Below the pieces are notes generated by a model, which saw only the letters and a program-made list of their open reading frames with translations, was not told the DNA's origin and ran no database searches. From Octopus sinensis (taxonomy: Eukaryota), in assembly GCF_006345805.1 (NCBI RefSeq), contig NC_043018.1, positions 4,340,001 through 4,404,000 of the forward strand: 64,000 nt of DNA, read 5' to 3'. The position numbers were made by a program, and so were the translations under genes. Shown here piece by piece: positions 43,132-56,000 of this stretch. The stretch's first letter is position 1; every line of letters starts with the position of its first letter.

Positions 43132-46069
43132 ATGTGAAAGTCTTTCCCAGTTGCTACACACACACAAAAAAAGAAAAATGATTTATTATATTTCGGGGGG
43201 ATGGTCATTTTTTTCTTTTCTTTTTTTGTCAAATAAATACATGCCCAATATATTCCTTCTTCATTCATTTATTACTGTTCTTATTTTATCTTATGTCCAA
43301 TGTCCAGGAATCTTTCATAACACATGTGACCTCTTCAGCGACCCTTTCCATCCACTTGTGTCTTCCTGCTCCACTTAATCCATTCTCTCCTTCCATCATG
43401 CTCTTTCCTTATCTGCGCATGCAGCTGCAACTCTATGTGCTGCTGATTCTCTTGACCCTTATTTTTGATATTGTTCTTGTATCCCTCTGTGTCTGTGTGT
43501 TCATTCACACTGCTGCCATTGTGGTTGTTGTTGTTGTTGTTGCAGCCATTAGTGAAGTTACTGTATGTGTGTTTACAGGTTTGCACTCAATGTTGTTTGT
43601 ATCCGGGCCCTTTATAAAGATTTTCTTGTTGTTTACCTTTGTATCGCCATTTCTTATTTCATATATTCATCATAGGTATGAGCATGTTTGTTCTGTGTGC
43701 CTATCACACCGTTTGTATCTGTATGTTTTATTCTTCCTTTCTGTCTCTATTCATCGTGTGGTGGTGGTGGTGGTGGTGGTGGTGGTGGTGGTGGCGAGTG
43801 TTACTGTTCCATTCATGTTTTCTATGGAGGCTCAGTCTGTAATCTGTATCGTGTCAGTTCTAAGCATTAATCTCTGTACCTTAATCTCTGTATTATTAAC
43901 CGAGCTTCTATGTTCGACTGAGCATGTTGGCAGAGCACTGACAAGCTTTTCTTCTCTTTGAGCTCCTGCCAGCGTTGGCCTAGTTGCTCCCCTGTGCTGT
44001 GTGCCATCTCCACAAAGTTAGTTGTTGTCTTGTTTCTGCACCATCCTTCAGTACACTATAAACTATAGACTCTATTCCTAATCTTACCGTTAACCTGTAT
44101 GGAGAACAATTGTATAGTATGTAGGATGAACCCACATACAGTAACTTCACTAACAGCCACAACAATGCGAACAACAACAACCACGATGGCAGCAGTGTGA
44201 ATGAACACACAGACGCAGAGGGACACAAGAACAATATCAAAAATAAGGGTCAAGAGAAGCAGCAGATGCAGCTGCATGCGCAGATAAGGAAATACATCAT
44301 GGAAGGACAGAATGGATTAAGCAGAGCTGGAAGACACATGTGGACAGAAAGGGTTGCTGAAGAGGTCACAGATGTGGGACCAAAGATTTCCAGATAATGA
44401 ACATCATCATCATTATTTAACGTCCGTTTTCCATGCTAGCATGGGTTGGACGGTTCGACTGGGGTTTGGTAAGCCATGAAGGCTGCACCAGGCTCCAGTC
44501 TGATTTGGCAGTGTTTCTACAGCTGGATGCCCTTCCAAACGCCAACCACTCCATGAGTGTAGTGGGTGTTTTTTACGTGCCACCAGCATAGGGGCCAGAG
44601 CAGGCTGGCAAACGGCCACAATCAGTTGGTGCTTTTACGTGTCAGCGACACGGACGCCAGTCAGGCGGCACTGGCATCTGCCACGTTCGGACGGTGCTTT
44701 TTACGAGTCCCCAGCACAGGTGACTTCACTACAATTTCCAGACAATGAACATGAGATAAAATAAGAACAGAAACAAGAGAAGAACGAATACAGTGTGCAG
44801 GTATTTATTTGACGACAAAAAAAAAATGATCCTCTTGAAATATAACCCTGGCTATTTCAACACATGCTTTCACATTAAAAATCTTGCAAAACAAATTCAT
44901 AAATGTAAAAATGATTTAGCTTTCAAACTACTAAAAAAAAAAAAAAAAAGGAAACAAAATGACAGCAACAACAAAAAGAAAATAATAAAAAAGTTTGTCT
45001 GACCTCATCATACACCATTTCCACCGGCTGAACATTGAGTTTTAGGGAATAGTCAGCCTCCACATACAAAGGTTTCGTCTCAAATTCTAATGTAAATATT
45101 TGATTCACTGAAGGGGCTGCAAAAAAAATAAAAATAAAAGAATAAGCAAAATAGGTTTTTCTTCAGGTCAGATTACTCTCTCACAGGTAAGGCTTATTTA
45201 TTCTACAGGTAAGGTTTATTTAGTCACATTGTTGGGAATTAATCAGGTGTGATATGAAACTTCAAGGTTTTGAGGATGCAATAATATATTTTTAGAGTGA
45301 CATTGCAGGGTAGGTGTGAGAGGCCAAATCTGGCTGGTCTGAACATACAACAGATGGAACATTTAGGCTAGATATGACTGGTTTAAATGTTATAGCGTTA
45401 AGTTTTGTTGCATATTGGGAGGGTCATTATGCCAATAATAAACACAGGCACTGATTCTATTTCACTTCTTCCATTACATTTTGTCAATTAGTTAACTATT
45501 TAACTTTATAACTAATTGATTGTTAGATTAATTGGTTGGTCATTGATGATGGTAATGATGGTGGTAGTGGTAGTAGTTGTGTTTCCAAGCAAGGTAATAT
45601 AAATCTGCTTCCCAATCATATGACTTTGGGTTCAGTCCCACTGAATGGCACCTTGAGCCATACTATAACACTGAGGCCCACCAAAGCTTTGTGAGTGGTT
45701 ATGGTAGATGAAAAAAGAAATCGTGTGTGTGTGTGTTTATGTCACCTTATCTTGATATCAATTGATAGTTGTGTCACTATCATTCAAGCAATGTTTTTGA
45801 TCTCCAATCTTCTGTATAAACATGGGAAAATATTACCTTGCTTGGAAACACCAGAAATACCTCCACCATCATCACCAGCCAAACGTTTCCTCCATTTATA
45901 AGGTACTCACCATAGACTCCAACATCTGATGTCAGAATAGGAATCAACTCATGCTCCATAGAAACACCTTCTATCGAGAAGCTCTCTGTGTTACAGGAAA
46001 CTCTGATAATAGAAAACAAAGAAATGAATTCAAAGTTGCTTTTCACCAGCAACGCAAATAATAATAAGG

Positions 46070-46136
<67 letters not shown>

Positions 46137-46457
46137 TAATAATAATAATAATAACAATAATAATAATAATAATAATAATCCTTTTCTATTATTTGAAGAA
46201 GGCCTGAAATTTGTAAAGAAAGGACTGGTTAATTAAACCAGCCCTGAAAGGTTGAAAGGTTAAGTTGATCTCAGCAGAATTTGAACTCAGAACATAGCAA
46301 CAGGTGAAATATTGCTAAGCAATTCATCTGGCATGCTAACAATTCTGCCAGCTTGCCACCTTAAATAATAATAATAAATGTAACTTAATTAGCCAGGGCA
46401 CAGGGCCAGCTTGTCACCTTAGTAATAATAATATTCATAATAATAATAATAATAATG

Positions 46458-46488
<31 letters not shown>

Positions 46489-48657
46489 TAATAATAATAA
46501 GAAAAGAGGGAGGCCGTGGTCTTTTGCAACTGGCAATAACAATGAAGATTGCTACAATTGGCCTAGACACCTACCTGAAAAACTCTGAGGACTGGATGTT
46601 AAAACTTGTCTCAAAACATGAAAACAAGAAAGCATCATACTCAGTCACAAAACAGGCAAAGGAATATCTAAGTGAATTCCGAATACAACCAATTTCGGAA
46701 TTAGAGATAGATATATAAGAAACAAGCACAGAAAAAGCTAGGCGCATGAAAACCCGTGCCAAAACTGCTGCCTTAGATATTCTGAATAATAAATGGCAAG
46801 AAAAACCTCTCTATGGCAAATACCCAAAGAGAGCGAATAATGCAGATATCGACAAAGCCCTGACCCATCAATGGCTAATGGCCTCTGGCTTAAAATCTGA
46901 AACAGGGGTTTATCATAGCAGCTCAAGATCAATGCCTACCAACAAGAAACTACCAGGCCAACATATTAAAGAACGGCAGTAGCCCAACATGTCGTGTATG
47001 CTGACAACAAAATGAAACCATTGACCATGTTGTCTCCAAATGCAGTCTTCTAGCGCCTACAGAGTACCTCAGTAGGCATGATAGAGCTGCACAATATATT
47101 CACTGGGTAATTTGCAAAAACCTGGATTTGCCCCATGAAAAAAACTGGTGGGAACACAATCCACCTCCTGTGCTTGAAAATGACCGCATCTCACTCCTCT
47201 GGAACTTCACCATTCAAACTGACAGGAAGATAGATGCAAATAGGCCAGACATTATATTGAAAGACTTCAGACAAAGAACATGCCTCCTCATTGATATGAC
47301 TGTCCCAATCGATATAAACGTATCTGTCAAGACCTACCAAACACTGAGCAAATATAAAGATCTTGAAATAGAAATCAGCAAAATGTGGAAGCTGAAGACT
47401 AAAACAATACCTGTTGTCATAGGTGCCCTGGGAATGATAGCGAAAGGGGCTGATTGCTACCTAACTCAGATACCAGGAAACCCCAAAATGGCAGAAATTC
47501 AAAAGATAGTGCTCATGGGAACTGCTCATATCCTACGCAAAATACTCTCTATGTAATCCCAAGGTTTAAAACAAACTTTTTTATTTATTTATTTATTATT
47601 TCTTTTTTTTTATGTATTAGACATTCACTAGTACAACACCAAAAAAAACCCCCCCAAATATATGGCACAGAACTTCTAACCTGTTGTCTCTTGAGGTCTC
47701 TGGGTGAGACTTGGAGCCAACTTGTACAGACATAAAGCAAAAGTCAAACATAGAATAATAATAATAATAATAATAATGATAATAATAATAATAATAATAG
47801 GCCTTTTGACTATAGGCACAAAGCCTGAAATTTAAGGGGAGGGGGGTGTCTAGTTGATTACTTTAACCCCAGTACAGGATTGTTAATTATTTCATGGTCA
47901 CCGAAAGATTGAAAGGCAAAGTCAATCTCCACTGAAATTTGAACTCAGGATGTAAAGACGAATGAAGCATATTGTCTGATGTGTCAATGATTCTGTGAGC
48001 CCACTGCCACCTTTAATAATAATTATCATAATCTTTTCTATAATAGGCACAAAGTCTGTAATTTGAGGATAGGTGGTTAGTCATTTACACCGATTCCCAC
48101 ATGAAACTGGAAGTTATTTCATCAACCCTGAAAGCATGAAAGACAAAGCTAACCTCAGTGGGTTTTGAACTCAGAATGTGAAGTCATGAAATGCTGCTAG
48201 CCATTTCATCTGGCATACGAGCAATTCTAAGGCCAGCAATTTCGGGGGTGGTGGTGCTAAGTTGAATACATTGACCCCTGCACTCAGCTGGTCCTTATTT
48301 TTATCAACCCCATAAGAATGAAAGTCAAAATCAACCCTGGCGGAATTTTAACTCAGAAATGTAAAGACAGACAAAATACCACAAAACATTTTGTCCAGTG
48401 ATTCTGTCAGCCTTTGCTGCCTTGATTTCAAATTTTGGCACAAGGCCAGAGGCCAGAAATTTGAGGGAGAGGATAAATCAATTATATCAACTACAGTGTC
48501 CAGCATGTAGTTATTTTATTAACTCTGAAAGGATGAAAGGCAAAAGCAACTCCATTGACATTTGAACTCAGAACATAAAGTTCGAAGAAATGCCATTAAG
48601 CACTCTGCTCAGTGTGCTAATATTTCTGCCTCCTCCTCCTCCTCGTCGTAGTAGTCA

Positions 48658-48703
<46 letters not shown>

Positions 48704-49459
48704 TGTTGTTGTAGTAGTAGTAGAGAGATAAAAGTCACAAAAATTTAATTATTACATCCTTCTCTCTCTGGCCTTCCTCCCTTTTAGTAACATGTTCAGT
48801 TCTGAGAGCAGCTTTCAATGTGATAACAATGTCTCTAGAATAATATTTCAACAGAAAATCATTATTCACAAGCATAGCAACAACAAGATGTTGAGCCAAT
48901 ACGGACGCTAGAAACAGTAGTCAATTCTCCCAAGTCACAACCAGTCAGTTGAGAAAAGGACATGCTAGATGTGTTCTGGATTCCTTGTACATTGGAATTT
49001 AGGTATGTCTCTTTCCAATCTGAGTAGAAAACCCACCAAGGAGCATCAAATTCTTTGTCTTTCATTGTATCATATATTGTGAGTCTATTTTACAGGGTAA
49101 GTATTCAAAAGATGCTTGTGTGTTTCAAGTGAGGGTGGATGAGTGTATACTTATAGGCGCATGCACGTGGGTGTGCGGGCGTGCATGTGTAGGTATGGAC
49201 ATGCGCACTTACACGAATACTATGAACTTTATTACCCCCTTACTTTTACTCCCCCTCCTCACTTAGCGGTCATTCTAATTGCTCTTTTGTCTTAATAACG
49301 GTCAATCACACAGTAATTTCCCTTTGTTTAACGGTCATTTTCATAGCATTTTTTCAATGGCCGGATAACTGAAGAGATGGCAGTGTGGGTTTCTGCCCCA
49401 ACATCCGAAACTCAGAGTTTTATCATGGTTACCGAATAATTGTCACACATTACATTTAC

Positions 49460-49531
<72 letters not shown>

Positions 49532-52500
49532 TACAAGCATGACTGCATGGTAAGACATTTGCTCCCCAACCACATGGTTCTGGGTTGGGCAAGTGTCTCC
49601 AACTACAGCTTCAGGCTGACCAAAGTCTTGTGAGTGAATATAGTTTATGGAAACTGATGGAAGCCTGTCGTATATGTTTGTGTGTGTTCCACCACTACTT
49701 GACAAGTGGTGTTGTTGTGTTTACATCCCGGTAACTTAGTGGTTTGGCAAAAAATACCAACAGAATAAGTACCAGGCTTTTTTTTAAATAAAATATGGAC
49801 TGGGGTTGATTCATTCAACTAAAATTTCTTGAAGGCGATGCCCAAGCATGGCCACAGTCTATTGACTGATACACGTAATGGATTAAAGATAAAAGATACA
49901 TGCATGCACACACACACACACACACATGCACACACACACACACACATGCACACACACACACTCACCTGTCAATGGTGTGTGTGTGTGCGTGCTCGCGAGC
50001 ATGCAATCAGGGCAAAATGGCCAAGTAAGAAGCTTTTAACACTTTGAGAGGTTGTTCAGTTGAACGGTTATTTTTTCCTTACCTGCAAGATTCACTGCCT
50101 GGTCTGTAGTCTAAGGAGGAACGAAACTGCGTCATTGACATCTGAAGAACCCTCTTACTGTATTTCACCAATGAACAGCAGCAGCTCTTCAAGTTGATCT
50201 GGACTTTGTAGGCAATATACTGGGAACAAAAGCAAACAGCATACAAGAATACAAATTAAACTTAACATCATTGAGATGCAAGATATATATATGAGGGCAG
50301 GCCATAAGTTCTGCCTGAATTTTGAATAAAGAAAACAAGTGATCAAATGTTATATTTAATTGAAATTTAATCATCAATGCACTTTCCCTGATTATCTATG
50401 ACTTCCTTCCATCTATTTACAGGCTTTTTAATCCCATCAATGTAAAACTCTTTTGGTTTCAAAGCGAAGAATTCTGAAATGTCAGTTTCGACCTCCTCCT
50501 GGCTTGTGAAAGTTATGCCCCCACCCCAGATGATTCTGTAAATTATGAAACAAATGGTAACCTCAAGGAGCAAGGTTGGGAGAATATGGTGGATGAGGAA
50601 TTTTTTCCCAACCAAGCTCTCTTCGATCTTCTGTGATGTGATCTTTGCAGTGTGGGGTCACACATTGTCCTGATGAAACATTACTCCTTTTTGATTCACT
50701 AAAGCAGGTCTTTTTTTCTTCAAAGCTTGGTTCAAATGCTCTAATTGCTGACAAGAGACTTGATCATTGATTGTTGCATTAAGTGGTAACAATTCAAAGT
50801 GAATTACTCCTTTGCAAACCCACCAGATAGAGAGACGAACCTTTTTTCCATGAAGTTCCCTTCTCGGTTGTGGTTGAGCTTTTTCCCTTTTACCAAGCCA
50901 CTGTTTACGACGTTTAACATTTCGATAAAAGATCCATTTTTCATCACCAGTCACAAGTGTATCCAAAAAGGGTGAAATGAGTTTGCGACAATGGAGAGAA
51001 GAGCAGATGTCAACTCAAGATTTGCGGTTGCTTTCAGACAGTTCATGAGGCATACATTTTCCAAGTTTAGGAACCTTTTCAAGTTGTTGAAGATAACGAT
51101 GAACAGTTTGATTGATTGATTGATTGATTCTAGTTTCAGCTTATGAGCTGTGGCCATGCTGGGGCACCGCCGTATGGTTTGAACTAAACTTTATTGCCAA
51201 TACTGATAATGCAAAACTAATAATTCAGGATTTTCTTCGAGTAATGTCTCAAGGAGCTTATCATCAAACTCAACTGGACGTACTGTTCCATCTTCATATT
51301 CAAGGCTGAAATCTCCACTTCTGAATTTTGCAAACCATCTTCTGCAAGTTCTTTCATTCAAGCATTCTTTCCCATAAACTGAGTGTATGTTTCAAGTTGC
51401 TTCGGCTGCAGAGTTTCCATTTTTGTACTCATAAAGCATTATGTGCCTCAAATGCTCTTTGGATACTTCCATGTTAGAATGGGTTTTTTAGTCAAAGAAA
51501 TTTTAATTCTATAAAATAATATTTAATTAGTTTAAAAGTACACAAATGCATAAAAATAATTTTTAATTCAATTAGACATTCTAAAATACTATTAAATTTC
51601 ATTAAATTTTAAAAAAGGTAAAATCAAACAGAACTTATGGGAAGACCTGATAGTAATTGGCATAATTCTTTGATGTTTCTCAACATTACACTATATCCCA
51701 CTTAGCAAATTTGAAACCTTGGAGCCTATGCTAGAAATTATTATTAATATTATCCTTTTTAACACAGGTCTGTTGGAACTCCTGGAGTTTTACATGCATT
51801 GCAGGCTTGCTACCTGCAGCTTACAGTGCCATGCTATCTGTTCTTTTCAACTATCTGATACTTTCCTGATTATTCTGGTCGTGCCAAGGAGACAAACTTT
51901 TAACAGTGAAGAATGAGAAAAAAAGGAACAGGTGGCAAGGCCATAGAGAGAAATGATATAAGGCAGGATAAAAATGTTTCCAGATCTTCTTTATTCCTTC
52001 TTAAAATTCAAAGAAGTCAAGAAGGCCTTTTTTATTTTTTATTTTTGATGGAAGGTACCTGTCAGATTTTTACAGCTCCAATTGGATCTATGGGCCCAGG
52101 ATCAATGTACTAGCCAAGGTTGACCTCCTCTCTTATAGACCCTGGTGGGTGGCATAGGGAGAGGAGATAATGATAAGAACTACTGGAGGAGGAGAGAGAA
52201 CTGTGGACACTTGGTAAATTAGAGTGAAGAGAACATAAAAGGAACTGTTTGGTTACTTCACTGGCTTCCAACAAGTTTCAGTTAGGAAACTGAGCCATGT
52301 GTGTGTGTGTGTGTGCATTCTCTATAGAACTTGAAAAGGATATGGTATGTTAATATGTAGTTTGTGTCTGCAGATCAAAATGTTACACACACATAATCAC
52401 AATGAAGGCAAGACGAAATGTTAAAAACACTTTTCCACACCATATCTACTCCCAACATTTTACTTGACACATGATAAACTCATTTTACCTCACGGGGTAT

Positions 52501-52984
52501 ATCATATATGTTGGCATTCTCGTCATATCCGATACCTCTGTAGAGCTGTTCCTTCTCATCAATAGAAAGTTTAGAAAACCAGTCTAGACAAAAAAAAAAA
52601 GAGAGTAAAAAATTAAGACATAATAAAGAAAAAAAGAAAAACAAAAACAGAGAAAAGTAATTGCATTTTACAGTTTTCTATGATATTTTTTCAATCAAGA
52701 ATATTTATTCTAAGAGATTTAAATAAAGTAGCAATTCTTAAGTGTTAAGGGGGACCGTTATAGTAAACAGAAATTAAATTTAAATCTAGGTGCAAAGAAA
52801 TTAATATCAAAATACCGGTTTTATCATTTTCATAATCAGAATCCTCCTCGGAACCAAATATCCAACTAAGCCAGCCTTTTTTCTTTTCTGGTTTTGTGAC
52901 TTTTTCATTTTCTGTTTTCTTCAGCTGGGTACAAATAAAAAAATATATTAAATAAAAAACAAGAACAAAACAATGTCAAAGAGG

Positions 52985-53055
<71 letters not shown>

Positions 53056-56000
53056 TCATAATTTAATGTTCTTTTTTTCCATGTTGGACAGTTTGACATG
53101 AAAATACAAGCCCAAGAGTTCCACCAAGTTCTATGCTTTGGCATGGTTTCTACAGCTGGATGCTCTTCCTAACAACAACCACTTTTCACATGAGATAATT
53201 AACAAGATAAGCTCTATGTAATCTCTAGAAGTGCTAGAAAAAGCAGCCAAATTTCCTTCAAATAACATATTGCCTTTAAAATAAAAGGAAGGAATAATTG
53301 TTGGATAATGTAAATCTAGATAGACATAAGCAAGAGATGGTTACGGCTGGAATACTTTTGATTGTAGGTCTCTCTGATCATATCTAACAACAATGGCTGT
53401 TATTATTTCATGATATATAAGGCAGCCAGCTGGCAGAATTGTTAGCACACAGGGCACAATGCTTTGTAGCATTTCATCAGTCTACTTCTGAGTTCAAATT
53501 CTGCCAAGGTTGATTTTGTTTTTCATCTTTTCAGGGTTGATGAGTACAAATTGAACCCTGGGGATGAAGTAATTGACTTACCTGTTCCACTAAACTTGCT
53601 GGCCTTGCTCCAAAACTTGAAACCATTATTTCATGAGATAAGAGTAGTGGTAGAAGTGTCAGAGTCAAAGACAAAACACCATGCAATATTTAGCAATGTC
53701 CTTTTATTTTCTTAATTTAAACCAATGGTTCTCGATCATTTTTTCCTTATGGATCCCTCTGATTCAGATTTCATTCTACTGGACCTTCAGAGCCATTTGA
53801 AGTTTAAAACAAATCCCATTATATTTTTATATTGTTAGGAATCGTATTAGAAAAATCATTAAAACATTTTGTTTATTGTAACTGATTTATTGCACATAAT
53901 TTTTAAGAATGAAATCTTATAAGGACTCCCAAGGGACAAGTGGACCCCAGTTGAGAACTACTTGGTTTAAATGCTGTCACAGCTGACTTTCATATTTCTG
54001 GGGCTAATAAAATAAGTACGAATCAATGACTGGAACTGATTAATCAATTATTCTTCTCCACTAAATCATCATCATCATCATCATCATCGTTTAACGTCCG
54101 TTCTCCATGCTAGCATGGGTTGGACGGTTCGACCGGGATCTGGGAAGCCAGAAGGCTGCACCAGGCTCCAGTCTGATCTGGCAGTGTTTCTACAGCTGGA
54201 TGCCCTTCCTAACGCCAACCACTCCGTGAGTCTAGTGGGTGCTTTTTACGTGCCACCTGCACAGGTGCCAGGCGAGGCTGGCAACGGCCACAATCGGATT
54301 GGTGCATTTTACGTGCCACCGGCACGGGAGCCAGTCGAGGCGGCACTGGCATCGGCCACGATTCGGATGGTGCTTTTTACGTGCCACTGGCATGGAAGCC
54401 AGTCAAGGCGACGCTGGCATCGGCCACAATTTGGATAGCGCTTTTTACATACCACCAGTCCAGGGGTTCTGGCACTGCTGGGTGCCAGTCATAGGATTGG
54501 TTCAATTACGATTCCGATTTCACTTGCCCCAACTTCGCAAGCAGAGAAGGGGGGTTGGCATGGGTGCCTGTCATCGGATGAGGTTCGATTTCGACTTCAC
54601 TTGCCTCAACAGGTCTTTGTGTGTCCAAGGGAGGAAAGGCATGCATAAGTGGGCTGGACTCACTTGTCCTGCCTGGTCTTCTCACGCACAGCATATTTCC
54701 AAAGTTCTCGGTCACTGGTCATTGCCTCGGTGAGGCCTAAAGTTTGAAGGTGGTGCTTCACCACCTCGTCCCAGGTTTTCCTGGGTCTACCTCTTCCATG
54801 GGTTCCCTCAACTGCTAGGGATTGGCACTTTTTCACACACCTATCTTCATCCATTCTTGTAAAACTGTTAAATGTCAGTTGAGGAGTCTTGGGGTACCTG
54901 TTCCAGTATTTTGCATTTCAAGTTTAAATTCCATGTAGGTAAGCCAGTAAAAGTACATCAACATAGCTAGGACTAATGATTGACCCGTCTCTTCTATATT
55001 TTTGGTGGGTGGGCCGAAGCTTTTTCAGCCTCCAACAATTACTGATATGCTACGGAACTTTCAACTTGTATCTGTTATTTGTGCTGTTACTGCATACATA
55101 GATATCTGAGGCTGCATCTAGAAAAGGGCCACCTATCTGATCCATCTGTACACATCTCCCATCTTCCCCATCTGTACACATCTCTCAGACTCTTATGTAA
55201 CATCCCTCCCTATCCCCTCTGTAACCCCACCCAAGTTCCCTGTGGGTAAACCTAATACATCCCCAACACCATCTATTTCTCCCTCGCTCACTTTCTCTCT
55301 CTTTCACCTTGACTCTCTCTAACTCCTTCCTCTCCTTCCTTGTCCTACAGGGGAAGCCATATATCTCCACTATAAGAGAACTATATCTGTCCCTCTATTA
55401 CACTGTGTAATATAATTTTTGTCCTTGGGTAGCAACTGTTATTTCCAATTTGCTTCCCCTAGAGAGTATGAAAAAGGGCTAATATTTCCTTTAAACTATG
55501 CTTTTGTTATGATATTTATATGAACCCCAAAGAATCCCTCTCAACACATGGCTATGATGCTTCTCCACTACTCCTGCTCATGATCAGAGATGCACATATT
55601 GTCAGCCACTAAGGGACATGTTCAAATGGTTATGGTCAAACAACTGACAAGCAAATCTGTGGTTTTGAACAGAGTATTTGCTATAACGATATTTCTGCTT
55701 TAGCAAATCAATACTGAATTTGTTGGAAATGCAATGGAAAATATAGGTCAGTTTCAAAACATTGGTGTCCAGGTCACAAAGACAAAGTTTGAAGGGAGTA
55801 GAAGTCATTTCCTTTGATTTTTAGATAGAAGCAAATAGGAAATAATACTTACTGACCAAAGACAAGACAAAATAAAGGCTTTCTTACACACTGTTATACT
55901 CTAACCTCTCATCTGGCACACAGCTACTTTCCTTGCTTCCATCCCTGAGCTGAGAGCTCTCTGTCTTGCAAGATACTTGCTAACCCCACTGGTGCCGATG

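Noticed and set aside
43293-43961. 222-aa hydrophobic ORF
   Set aside because: Lies in the inverted-repeat element, driven by GTT/GTG repeats, with no recognisable domain.
48862-49065. 67-aa minus-strand ORF as an extra VPS13 exon
   Set aside because: Flanking exons already join in phase and I found no convincing splice-site pair.
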